Positions 1-9,052 are shown, counted from the stretch's first letter. The stretch: 32,000 bases of DNA from Geotalea daltonii FRC-32 (GCF_000022265.1 NC_011979.1:240001-272000); one strand, 5' to 3'. Notes: generated from the letters alone by a model not told the origin. Program-made: numbers and translations.

Positions 1-158
1 GGAACCCAGATGGTTTCGGGGGCATTGGGGGACATGGTGAAGGCAGGATTGGCAACCTCAACGTAGTCACGCCTGCTGGAGGAACCGGTGTTAGTGCCGG
101 CACAGCCGGCCAGAAACAGCAGGCCGAGAGTGATCACTATCTTGTTCAAAGTCCGCAT
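1..158 (-). CDS. Lipoprotein, N-terminal fragment (gene continues beyond the left edge)
   Basis: Minus-strand ATG at 158-156 preceded by AGGAGAAAG. Reads MRTLNKIVITLGLLFLAGCAGTNTGSSSRRDYVEV..., a signal peptide with an LAGC lipobox. Open-ended, so absent from the ORF track. Confidence 0.5.
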   Translation of the reverse strand, partial: MRTLNKIVITLGLLFLAGCAGTNTGSSSRRDYVEVANPAFTMSPNAPETIWV

Positions 159-194
159 ATCTTTCTCCTGTTAGCGCGAGTCGACATCAATCGG

Positions 195-1754
195 TCAGGC
201 TGCCTGGCTATAGACCATGTTGCGTAGCTCAAAACGCTTGATTTTTCCGGTGGCGGTCTTGGGGAGCTCATCGAGAAAGCGGACCCACCGTGGATATTTA
301 TAGAGGGCGAGGGAGGATTTGACGAAATCCTGCAGTTCCGCTTCCATGTGCGTTGCGGATTGATCGGGCTTTTTCAGCACCACGAACGCCATGGGTTTGA
401 TCAGGTTGTTTTCGTCTGGGGCGCCGATGACAGCACATTCAAGAACGGCAGGATGCTTGATCAGGCAAGATTCCACTTCGTTGGGCGATACCCAGATCCC
501 ACCCACCTTGAGCATGTCGTCGGAACGGCCGGCACAGTAGAAATAGCCCTGTTCGTCCTGGTAATACTTGTCACCGGTGTTGACCCAGTGTCCCATCATG
601 GTCTGGCGGGTCTTCTGGTGCTTGTTCCAGTAAAAGGCGGCGGCGCTGTCCCCCTTGACCAGCAGGGTGCCGATCTCTCCCGGCGCCACGTCGGTCATCT
701 CCTCGGAAACGATGCGGGCTTCATAGCCGGGAACTACCTTGCCGGAACTGCCGGCATGGATGTCGCCGGGAAGATTGGAGATGAAGATGTGGGCCATTTC
801 GGTAGAGCCGATGCCGTCGAGAATGTCCAGGTCAAAACGGTCTTTCCAGCGATTGATATAATCTCCGGGAAGTGCTTCTCCTGCCGAAACGCACAGCCTG
901 ACATTGTCCATGCTTCCTTCTGCTTCCAGCATCTGGCCATAGAGGGTCGGCACGCCGAAGAAGAGGGTGGGGCGATGGCGATGGATGGTGCCGTAAACCT
1001 GATCGGGGGTCGGCCTTTTCGGCAGGTAGATTGCTGTGGCGCCGACGCCGAAGGGAAAATAGAGGCCGTTACCCAGGCCATAGGCGAAGAACAGTTTTGC
1101 AGCGGAAAAGCAGTAGTCGTCTTCTTTGATGCCTAGCACCTGCTTGCCGTAGGTTTCGGTGGCATAGACCATGTCGTGCTGGAGGTGGACCGTGCCCTTG
1201 GGCGCGCCGGTGGAGCCGGAGCTGTAGAGCCAGAAACAGGCGTCATCGCTGCAGGTGGATGCTGCTTCCAGGTGAGTGGACTGATCGGCGGTCAGCTCGT
1301 CCAGGGAGAGATCACCGGCTGGCGCTTCACCATTGGCGACGATGATCTGTCTGACAAAGAGCAGGTTGTTGCGGATCGGCTCGATCAGTTCCAGCAGGGA
1401 GGCATCCACAACCAGCACCCGTGCCCGGCTGTCATTGAGATAATATTCGAAATCCTTGGGGCGGTTCATGGTATTGAGACAGATGGGTACGGCGCCGATT
1501 TTGATGGCGCCGAAAAAGGCCTGGGGATAAATTTCCGTGTCCAGGAGGAGCAGGGCGACCCGCTCTTCCATGCGGACGTCCAGGGATTTGAGGGCGTTGC
1601 CGAAGCGGTTGACATTTTCCTGAAGCTGCCCGTAGGTGAAAGCCCGCTCCTCACAGAGCACTGCCGTTTTATTGGCGCGTCCTTCGCGGACATTGCGGTC
1701 AATGAAATAGTCGGCGGCATTGAATTGTTCCGGCAGATTCAGGTTGTAAGGCAT
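195..1754 (-). CDS. bamY: Benzoate-CoA ligase family (BadA/BclA/BamY-like aryl-CoA synthetase)
   Basis: 519 aa from ATG 1754, with a GGAGG SD 6 nt upstream. The track's 536-aa version starts further upstream without an SD. Adenylate-forming motifs: YSSGSTGAPKG, DGIGSTEM, GDKY..AGRSDDMLKVGGIWVSP, and C-terminal PKTATGKIKRF. Long collinear similarity to R. palustris BadA as I remember that sequence. Confidence 0.9.
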   Translation of the reverse strand: MPYNLNLPEQFNAADYFIDRNVREGRANKTAVLCEERAFTYGQLQENVNRFGNALKSLDVRMEERVALLLLDTEIYPQAFFGAIKIGAVPICLNTMNRPKDFEYYLNDSRARVLVVDASLLELIEPIRNNLLFVRQIIVANGEAPAGDLSLDELTADQSTHLEAASTCSDDACFWLYSSGSTGAPKGTVHLQHDMVYATETYGKQVLGIKEDDYCFSAAKLFFAYGLGNGLYFPFGVGATAIYLPKRPTPDQVYGTIHRHRPTLFFGVPTLYGQMLEAEGSMDNVRLCVSAGEALPGDYINRWKDRFDLDILDGIGSTEMAHIFISNLPGDIHAGSSGKVVPGYEARIVSEEMTDVAPGEIGTLLVKGDSAAAFYWNKHQKTRQTMMGHWVNTGDKYYQDEQGYFYCAGRSDDMLKVGGIWVSPNEVESCLIKHPAVLECAVIGAPDENNLIKPMAFVVLKKPDQSATHMEAELQDFVKSSLALYKYPRWVRFLDELPKTATGKIKRFELRNMVYSQAA

Positions 1755-1800
1755 GATGCACCTCCTCGGATGTTGTTGCTGTTTTAGTAAAATAATGTTT

Positions 1801-1817
1801 TGCAAATTAGGAACCCA
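1801..1817 (-). promoter_or_regulatory. Candidate sigma54 (-24/-12) promoter for the benzoate-CoA ligase gene
   Basis: Minus strand reads TGGGTTCCTAATTTGCA. The GG (1815-1814) and GC (1803-1802) doublets have canonical spacing. The -12 TTGCA is perfect and the -24 (GGGTT) is imperfect. About 45 nt upstream of the ATG, followed by ~250 bp of very AT-rich DNA. Confidence 0.3.
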
Positions 1818-2174
1818 ATAAATAAAAACAGGGAAGTAATTATTGTAACTTTGCGTAATAAAAGAATAATATGAGATATTATTTTTCTGTTACCTTGTTT
1901 TACTAAGCTGTAAATAACGGCGATATGTAAAATTTTGATCGAGGGATGTAAAGAAATGATCAGGTTGAAAAGGACGGGTGGATATGCAGGTACCTGATTG
2001 CAGAGGGGAGCAAAAGCTGCTTGGCTTTGGCTTACTAGGGTTTTACCCGAATCAGGGGGTGTGGAAGAACATTGTTTTATCTGCGCGGCGCTAATCAGGT
2101 TGTTTTTAAGATACGATGATAATGTGGCGACAGGCAGGGGCGGTCTGCTGTACAATCACAGGAGCACTGGTTGA

Positions 2175-2204
2175 TTGTTAACGGGGGAACTTGTGCTATA
2201 TAGT
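2175..2204 (+). promoter_or_regulatory. Candidate sigma70 promoter for the CoA-transferase/GNAT gene
   Basis: TTGTTA (2175-2180), 16 nt, then TGcTATATA (extended -10; hexamer 2197-2202). Alternative -10 TATAGT at 2199-2204. Lies 95 nt upstream of ATG 2296. Confidence 0.35.
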
Positions 2205-2238
2205 TTCCATCCGGAAACTCCGGATGAGAAACTATATA
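2196..2238. repeat. 18-bp-arm inverted repeat overlapping the candidate -10 (probable operator)
   Basis: Left arm TATATAGTTTCCATCCGG (2197-2214), loop aaact, right arm CCGGATGaGAAACTATATA (2220-2238). This gives 7 + 11 complementary positions with one bulged A. Confidence 0.6.
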
Positions 2239-2295
2239 AGGATATAAGGATGTTGCCGTTACACAAGGGCTGGATGGAGTACAGCGGGGGGGCTG

Positions 2296-4155
2296 ATGAA
2301 TGGCGATATTTTGACGAAGTACGGACGCAGGGCGATAACTCCCGATGAGGCGGTTGCTCATATTCGATCGGGCTGGCGGGTATTCGTGGGGTCGGGCTGT
2401 GCTGCGCCCCAGGAACTGGTAGCGGCCCTCTGCCGTGCGGCTGACCGGTTGAATGATGTGGAACTCATCCAGCTGCTCACTTATGGTGATGCTGCCTATC
2501 TCCAGGAGGAATTTGCCGGCCATTTCCGGTATAATTCTTTTTTTATCAGCAAAAAAGTGCGGCAGACGGTCTGCGAGGGGAGAGCCGATTACACCCCGAT
2601 TTTCCTCAGCGAGATCCCCGAACTTATCAGGAGCGGCCAGCGGGGAAATCAGGCCATGCTGCTGCAGGTCTCGCCTCCGGACAGGCATGGCTACTGCAGC
2701 ATGGGGGTCAGCGTGGATATCCAGCGCGCCGCCCTGGATCGGGCACAACTGGTCATCGCCCAGATCAATCCCCGCATGCCCCGCACCCACGGCGACGCCC
2801 AGGTGCATCTGAGCCAACTTCACCACCTGGTGGCAGTGGACAGCCCCATTCTGGAATTGGAAATCCCCGAACCGGACGAGGTGGCCCTGCAGATCGGCTA
2901 CCACATCTCCCGGCTGGTGGAGAACGGCAGTTGCCTGCAGATGGGCATCGGTACCAGCCCCGGCTCCGTCCTGAAATTCCTTCACGACAAGCATAATCTG
3001 GGCATCCACACGGAAATGTTCACCGATGAGCTCATTCCGCTCCTGGAAAACGGCAACATCACCAACAAGGCAAAGGCGGTGCTGCCGGGGAAAACCGTCA
3101 CCAGTTTTGTCACCGGCACCCGCAGGCTCTACGATTTCATCGATGACAACACCTCGATCGCCTTCCATCCTTCTGACTTTGTCAATGATCCCCGGGTCAT
3201 CGCCCAAAACGACAAGGTGGTGGCGATCAATGCGGCTCTGCAGGTGGACCTGACCGGCCAGGTCTGTGCCGACAGTCTGGGATACCGGTTTTACAGCGGC
3301 ATTGGCGGCCAGGTGGATTTCATCCGCGGGGCGGCCATGAGCCGGGGGGGCAAGCCGATCGTCGCCGTGCGCAGCACTGCTGCAAACGGCACTGTCAGCC
3401 GGATTGTCCATTGCCTCGATGAGGGGGCGGGGGTGGTTACCAGTCGAGGCGATGTGCATTACGTGGTCACCGAGTACGGCATTGCCTATCTGCACGGCAA
3501 GACCATCCGGGAACGGGCACTGGCGCTGATTTCCATCGCCCATCCCGATTTTCGCCGGGAACTGCTGGAGTTCGTCAAAAAGAAACAGTATGTCTACGAG
3601 GATGAGCAGGTGTGGCAGCAGGCACTGGACCGTTACCCGAAGGAGCTGGAAGAACAGAGGCTGTTCGGCAAGAAGCGTCTCTTGGTGCGGCCGCTCAAGG
3701 CTACGGACGAACGGGCACTGCAGGAATTTTTCTACAGCCATTCGCCGGAGACCATCTACAACCGCTACTTTGGGCCAAAGCAGCAGCTTGCACATCTGGA
3801 GGCGGCAAAATTGTGCTGCGTCGATTACCAGAGCCGAATGGCACTAGCCGTTTTTGAGCAGGAAGATGAAAATGTGGAGAAGATTGTCGCCGTGGCTCGT
3901 TATGCGGCAAATCCGCGCAGCAATATGGCGGAAACGGCAGTGGTGGTCCATGAGGGCTTCCGCAGGCTGGGAATTGCGCGCTATCTGCTGGCACAGTTGC
4001 AGCGACACGCGGCGGGGCAAGGGATCAAGGGTTTCTGCTCGGAGATCCTCTCGGGCAATGAGGCAATGCTGGCTTACCACCGGCGGCTGGGGCATCCGCT
4101 CATCTATTGCCGGGACTCGGACACCTATGCAGTGCAGTTCGAATTCGAATCTTAG
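2296..4155 (+). CDS. Bifunctional acetyl-CoA hydrolase/transferase family protein fused to a C-terminal GNAT acetyltransferase domain
   Basis: 619 aa. The N-terminal ~450 aa look like 4-hydroxybutyrate/acetate CoA-transferase family (ITPDEAVAHIRSGWRVFVGSGCAAPQ, GIGGQVDFIRGA). The C-terminal ~160 aa (about 3670-4152) are GNAT-like (VVVHEGFRRLGIARYLLAQL acetyl-CoA-binding motif). Confidence 0.85.
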   Translation: MNGDILTKYGRRAITPDEAVAHIRSGWRVFVGSGCAAPQELVAALCRAADRLNDVELIQLLTYGDAAYLQEEFAGHFRYNSFFISKKVRQTVCEGRADYTPIFLSEIPELIRSGQRGNQAMLLQVSPPDRHGYCSMGVSVDIQRAALDRAQLVIAQINPRMPRTHGDAQVHLSQLHHLVAVDSPILELEIPEPDEVALQIGYHISRLVENGSCLQMGIGTSPGSVLKFLHDKHNLGIHTEMFTDELIPLLENGNITNKAKAVLPGKTVTSFVTGTRRLYDFIDDNTSIAFHPSDFVNDPRVIAQNDKVVAINAALQVDLTGQVCADSLGYRFYSGIGGQVDFIRGAAMSRGGKPIVAVRSTAANGTVSRIVHCLDEGAGVVTSRGDVHYVVTEYGIAYLHGKTIRERALALISIAHPDFRRELLEFVKKKQYVYEDEQVWQQALDRYPKELEEQRLFGKKRLLVRPLKATDERALQEFFYSHSPETIYNRYFGPKQQLAHLEAAKLCCVDYQSRMALAVFEQEDENVEKIVAVARYAANPRSNMAETAVVVHEGFRRLGIARYLLAQLQRHAAGQGIKGFCSEILSGNEAMLAYHRRLGHPLIYCRDSDTYAVQFEFES

Positions 4156-4214
4156 CCATTTGAGTTAAACGAAAGAATGAACAAGGTAAAGGTTCCGTAA
4201 CCACAACCACTCTA

Positions 4215-4418
4215 CTAGATCATGTACCCATCCGCAGGGCCGGCTTTTGCCGGATCAAAACTAAGGACCGCCTTTTGCGCAGAGAACAGGACTTCCGCTT
4301 CAGCCACACCGGGGACCGACTCTACGGCGCTCTTTATATGCCGTGCACAATCGGCACAGTCCATTTCTTTGATACCGATCTCGATTTTTTCCAAGTGGCC
4401 ATTAATGTCTACGTTCAT
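4215..4418 (-). CDS. Short heavy-metal-associated (HMA) domain protein, CopZ-like, atypical
   Basis: 67 aa with no signal peptide. Metal-binding loop is EMDCADCARHIKSAVESVPGV (MxCxxC), then VLFSAQKAVLSFDP...DGY. AAGGA SD. Last gene of the efflux operon. Confidence 0.65.
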   Translation of the reverse strand: MNVDINGHLEKIEIGIKEMDCADCARHIKSAVESVPGVAEAEVLFSAQKAVLSFDPAKAGPADGYMI

Positions 4419-4573
4419 CTTTATTCCTTACGGTGCTGCCATCCCTTGTCACATCTTTCCGACGACTTGTTTCGACATTTCTATTATACCTGGCCCATGA
4501 ACTGACTACTAATTGCCCTCATCTCAACATTAACCTTTTAATTACGTTACAGGATATTTTTCAAAAAATAGCC

Positions 4574-7500
4574 TCACTCTTCCCCCTCGTCCGGGGCCTT
4601 TGCCCTGCCGAATACTGCGTACAGCACGGGCAGTACAAGCAGAGTAAGCAGCGTCGATGAAACAACGCCGCCGATCACGACGGTGGCGAGCGGCCTTTGC
4701 ACCTCGGCGCCAATGCCGGTGTTCAACGCCATGGGAATGAAGCCGAAACTGGCGACCAGCGCGGTCATAAGCACCGGGCGAAGCCGTTGTTCGGCGGCCT
4801 GCTTGATCGCGTCGATCAGCGGCGTTCCCTTGGCGAGCAGGTCCCGTACTGCGGAAACCAGCACCATGTCGCCGAGGACGGCAACACCCGAAAGGGCCAC
4901 AAAACCGACCCCGGCCGAGATGCTGAATGGTATGTCCCGAAACCAGAGGGCAACGATGCCGCCGACTGCGGCGAAGGGGACTCCGGTGAAAACCCGGGCC
5001 GCATCCAGAACCCGCCCGTAGGTGAAATACAATAGGGTAAAGATCAGGGCCAGAGCTACCGGGACGACGATCATCAGCCGCTGCTGGGCACGTTGGAGGT
5101 TCTCGAACTGGCCGCCGTAGCGGACGTAGTAGCCGCTGGGTAGCTTGACCTCACGTTCGATGGACTTTTGGACATCGGCGACGAAGCTTCCCACGTCACG
5201 GCCACGCACGTTTGCCTGGACAACGACCCGCCGCTTGCCCCACTCACGATTGATGGTTGATGGCCCTTCGGACGATTTGATCTTCGTGAGCAGCGACAGC
5301 GGGATGCGCTCCCCACTACCTGCAGTGACCAGAATGCGGCCAAGATCTTCCGTTTCCGCACGATACTTGTCGGCAATGCGCACCGCGATGGGAAAGCGCC
5401 GGTCTCCTTCCTGGAGCATGCCAACATCCCGGCCGCCAAGGGCTTCAATGACTTCCAGCACCTCCCTGGCGGGAATACCGTAGCGGGCGGTAGCGTTGCG
5501 ATCCACCTCCACCTGCACCAGCGGCTGGCCGGTCACCTGCTCGACGCTCACGTCTGCGGCTCCGGCTACTTTCTTGACGGCATTTTCGATTTCCTTGGCC
5601 TTGGCTTTCATGGTTTCAAAGTCATCCCCGAAGATCTTGATCCCCACATCGGAGCGGATGCCGGCAATCATTTCGTTGACCCTCATCTCAATCGGCTGGG
5701 TGAAGACCATTCTCATCCCCGGCATGTTTTTCAGTTCCTTCTCCATGACCATCACCAGTTCACCCTGGGTACGGGCACGCTTCCACTTATCCCGAGGCTT
5801 CAAGGTTAGAAAAATATCGGAGAGCTCCACACCCATGGGGTCGGTGGCGATTTCGGCGCTCCCGGTCCGGGTCCAGATCCTCTCAATCTCGTTGGGAAAC
5901 TTTTCCAGCAAGGTCCGCTCAAGGTGACTACCGTAGCGCACCGACTCGTCCAGTGACACACTGGCAAGGCGAACGGTGTTGATGACGATGGACCCTTCCA
6001 TCAGGCGTGGTACGAATTCCGAGCCGAGCCGGGTCGAGAGAATACCGGCAATACAGAGACAGCCGACAGCAATGGCAAGCACGGCTTTACGCCGACGCAG
6101 GGCAAAGCCCAGAACCGGGCGGTAGAGCTCTTTGAGCCTGCAGACGAGCCAGGGTTCCTTATGTTCTTTTTTGCGCTTGAGGCTGAAGCTGGCCAGCACC
6201 GGCATGAGCGTCAGCGACATGGCCATGGAGCCCAGCAGCGCGAAAATCACGGTCAGCGCCATAGGGCGGAAAAGCTTTCCCTCTACCCCCTCAAGGGCCA
6301 GAATCGGCAGGTAGACGATCATAATGATCAGCTCGCCGAACATGGTCGGTTTACGAACCTCGATGGCCGCTTCACGCACTACGTCGATGATGCTCCGGTC
6401 ACTCTTGCCTTCGGCGAGACGGCGTTCCGCGTTCTCGATCATGATGACCGAACTGTCCACGATCAGGCCGAAGTCGATGGCCCCGAGACTCATCAAACTT
6501 CCGGCAATGCCGAAGCGAAGCATCAGGTCGAAGGCAAACAGCATGGAAAGAGGAATGGCCAGAGCAACGATCAGACCTGCGCGGAAATTCCCCAAAAAAA
6601 CGAAGATAACGGCTATAACCAGGATCGCCCCCTCGAAGAGGTTCTTCTCCACGGTATGGAGGACCTTGTCCACCAGCGAAGTCCGTTCATAGGCAACGGC
6701 AACTTCCACGCCTTTGGGCAGAGTCTTCTTGACCTCTTCCAAACGGGCCTTGAGCCGAGTCGTGACATCGTGGCTGTTCTCGCCCATCAGCATGAAGCCG
6801 AGCCCGAGGACTGCCTCACCCTTGCCGTCGGCCGTTACTGCGCCACGGCGAATTTCGCGCCCCTCAACCACCCGTGCCACATCCGCCACCCGGACTGGAA
6901 CCCCTTCCTTGGCGGTGATAACGATACCTTCAATATCCTGAGGCGTCGTGACAATGGCGACCCCCTGCACCAGACTCGATTCGCCAGCCTGGTCAATGGT
7001 GCCGCCCCCCACGTTGGCGTTATTCCGCTCCACCGCCGCGATCAGCCGATCCATGGTCAGGCCGCGCTTGGCCAGTTCCTCCGGATCGACGACGATCTCG
7101 AAGCGACGCTCGTCACCGCCCCAGGTATTCACCTCAGCCACACCGGGCACCGAGCGCATCTGGGGCTTCACCACCCAGTCGTGCAGCGTGCGGAGTTCGG
7201 CCAGCGACTTGTCCTTGGCGGTAAGCAGATAGTGGAAGACCTCACCCAGTCCTGTAGCCACAGGGCCGAGTTGCGGCTTTTCGATACCTGCAGGAAGCGC
7301 GACACCTTGGACCCGTTCCATGACCACCTGACGGGAGAGATAGATATTGGTCCCATCCTCGAAGATCACCGTTACCTGGGACATGCCGAAGCGGGAGGTA
7401 GAGCGCACTTCCTTGAGTTTCGGCAGCCCGGATATGGCCTGCTCCAGTGGTGCCGAGACCTGACGCTCGATCTCCAGCGGCGAAAGGGCCGGGGCCACCG

Positions 7501-7651
7501 TGTTCACCTGAACCTGGACCGGGGTCGTATCCGGGAAGGCGTCCAGGGGCAGCCTTAAGAAGGCAAGTATCCCGAGAACTGCAACCACGGACCAGGCCAC
7601 GATGACCACCAGGCGGTGGTTAAGGGACCAGTTAATTATTTTATTCAGCAT
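4574..7651 (-). CDS. Heavy-metal efflux RND permease (CzcA/CusA family)
   Basis: 1025 aa with typical RND length and hydrophobic blocks. TM4 signature GAIDFGLIVDSSVIMIEN (DFG...D...EN as in divalent-cation HME-RND pumps). AGGGAG SD. Confidence 0.95.
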   Translation of the reverse strand: MLNKIINWSLNHRLVVIVAWSVVAVLGILAFLRLPLDAFPDTTPVQVQVNTVAPALSPLEIERQVSAPLEQAISGLPKLKEVRSTSRFGMSQVTVIFEDGTNIYLSRQVVMERVQGVALPAGIEKPQLGPVATGLGEVFHYLLTAKDKSLAELRTLHDWVVKPQMRSVPGVAEVNTWGGDERRFEIVVDPEELAKRGLTMDRLIAAVERNNANVGGGTIDQAGESSLVQGVAIVTTPQDIEGIVITAKEGVPVRVADVARVVEGREIRRGAVTADGKGEAVLGLGFMLMGENSHDVTTRLKARLEEVKKTLPKGVEVAVAYERTSLVDKVLHTVEKNLFEGAILVIAVIFVFLGNFRAGLIVALAIPLSMLFAFDLMLRFGIAGSLMSLGAIDFGLIVDSSVIMIENAERRLAEGKSDRSIIDVVREAAIEVRKPTMFGELIIMIVYLPILALEGVEGKLFRPMALTVIFALLGSMAMSLTLMPVLASFSLKRKKEHKEPWLVCRLKELYRPVLGFALRRRKAVLAIAVGCLCIAGILSTRLGSEFVPRLMEGSIVINTVRLASVSLDESVRYGSHLERTLLEKFPNEIERIWTRTGSAEIATDPMGVELSDIFLTLKPRDKWKRARTQGELVMVMEKELKNMPGMRMVFTQPIEMRVNEMIAGIRSDVGIKIFGDDFETMKAKAKEIENAVKKVAGAADVSVEQVTGQPLVQVEVDRNATARYGIPAREVLEVIEALGGRDVGMLQEGDRRFPIAVRIADKYRAETEDLGRILVTAGSGERIPLSLLTKIKSSEGPSTINREWGKRRVVVQANVRGRDVGSFVADVQKSIEREVKLPSGYYVRYGGQFENLQRAQQRLMIVVPVALALIFTLLYFTYGRVLDAARVFTGVPFAAVGGIVALWFRDIPFSISAGVGFVALSGVAVLGDMVLVSAVRDLLAKGTPLIDAIKQAAEQRLRPVLMTALVASFGFIPMALNTGIGAEVQRPLATVVIGGVVSSTLLTLLVLPVLYAVFGRAKAPDEGEE

Positions 7652-7671
7652 CGTATCTCCCTGTCTGATTG

Positions 7672-9051
7672 CTATTTAGTGTCCACTTCACAGCAGCCCG
7701 CGCCGATGGAGTCCTTGAGCGTTTCCGTCTTGAGCAGGAAGCTGCCGGCGACGACGATTTCTTCGCCGACCTCGACACCGGAGGCGATCTCCACCAAGTC
7801 ACCGCTGCCATGGTTGGATGCCACCTGCACCCGCCTGGCCTCAAATTCATTGGGCGCCAGGCGGACGAAGGCGAGTTTTACTGATTTGGCCCTCTGGACG
7901 GCGCCTCGCGGCACGGCGGACGACGAACGGGAACCGCCGGCCGAGATACGGGCCTGACCATACATGTTGGCCCGCAGCAGCCCGCCCGGATTTGCGAGTT
8001 TGACCCGAGCCTTGGCGGTTCGGGTCTGAGGATCGATCACGGGAGCGATATGGGAAATGCTGCCGCGAAACTCGCGTCCGGACAATCCATCCATGGTGAC
8101 AACAACGCTTGCTCCAGCCTTCACGGTGCCCAGTTCCGCTTCGGGCAGGGCAACCTCCGCCCACATGGATGAGGTGTCCACGATCTCGAAGAGTGGCGTC
8201 TGGGAGTCCACGTAGCGATCCAGTGAGACGGTGCGCTGAGTGACAACTCCGGAGACAGGGGCCTTCACTGTGTAGCGCCCGCCACTGCCGTTATGGGCGC
8301 CAACTCCGCGGAGGGTTGCCTGCAGCGACTCCAGTTCGGCGGTTGCTTCACGAAGGAATTGCTGTGCTGCCTGGACTTCCTTCTTGGCCGAAATCCCTTT
8401 TTTCTCCAGTTCCGCTTCGCGTCGGTAGCTCGCTTCTGCAGTCTGTACCCGTGAACGTGCCGCGGCAAGGCGCGACTGGTCACCGCTTACAGCAGAACTT
8501 TCAATAACGGCCAGCGGAGCACCCGCTGACACCCGGTCGCCGATGTCCGCCGATACGCGTTTGACCACACCGGTCGCGCGGGCACTCACCTGGGCAACCC
8601 TGGTGGCGTCGTAGTTGATGATGACCGGAGCGATGATCGCCGCGGTACCCCGACCGGCTACCGCCTTGGTGGTCTCGATCCCGGCCAGACGAGCGGTGTC
8701 ATTTCCCTTGAGGATCACCTTGGTTCCGTCGGGTGGGGCGTCGTCACCGGCAACGTCCATAGCCGGTTTGCCACCCCGTTCAGGGTGACAGATCGGACAA
8801 ACGGACTCAGGGAAACCGTGTTCGGCGCACCAGTCTCCCTTGGCTTGGAAGATTGGAGCAAGCTTCGGGTTGCATTTGGTGCAGAGGGCTTCGAGCACCC
8901 CGTGTTCCTTGCAGAGGCCCGCTTCAGCTTCCTTCTTTGGCTCGGCAGCAGCCTGCTTGGCCGCCTCCGGTGCTTTGGCAGCTTCCTTCTTGCCGCAGCC
9001 GGAGGCCACGGCAAGAGGAATGAGTATTACCAGGATGAGAAGACGGCGCAT
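7672..9051 (-). CDS. Efflux RND periplasmic adaptor (CzcB/CusB-like) with Cys/His-rich N-terminal extension
   Basis: 459 aa. Lipoprotein signal LAVASGC. Barrel-sandwich/coiled-coil adaptor body. N-terminal extension LCKEHGVLEALCTKCNPKLAPIFQAKGDWCAEHGFPESVCPICHP. AAGGGAG SD. Confidence 0.9.
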   Translation of the reverse strand: MRRLLILVILIPLAVASGCGKKEAAKAPEAAKQAAAEPKKEAEAGLCKEHGVLEALCTKCNPKLAPIFQAKGDWCAEHGFPESVCPICHPERGGKPAMDVAGDDAPPDGTKVILKGNDTARLAGIETTKAVAGRGTAAIIAPVIINYDATRVAQVSARATGVVKRVSADIGDRVSAGAPLAVIESSAVSGDQSRLAAARSRVQTAEASYRREAELEKKGISAKKEVQAAQQFLREATAELESLQATLRGVGAHNGSGGRYTVKAPVSGVVTQRTVSLDRYVDSQTPLFEIVDTSSMWAEVALPEAELGTVKAGASVVVTMDGLSGREFRGSISHIAPVIDPQTRTAKARVKLANPGGLLRANMYGQARISAGGSRSSSAVPRGAVQRAKSVKLAFVRLAPNEFEARRVQVASNHGSGDLVEIASGVEVGEEIVVAGSFLLKTETLKDSIGAGCCEVDTK

Positions 9052-9052
9052 A

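Noticed and set aside
2095-3795. 566-aa minus-strand ORF
   Set aside because: Lies antisense to the CoA-transferase-GNAT gene, which has clear family motifs. No SD and a low-complexity Arg/Gly/Ala/Pro-rich product, typical of shadow frames in GC-rich DNA.
6161-7558. 465-aa plus-strand ORF, plus several 60-140-aa ORFs between 4683 and 7232
   Set aside because: All lie inside and antisense to (or out of frame with) the RND pump gene. His/Arg/Gly-rich nonsense composition.
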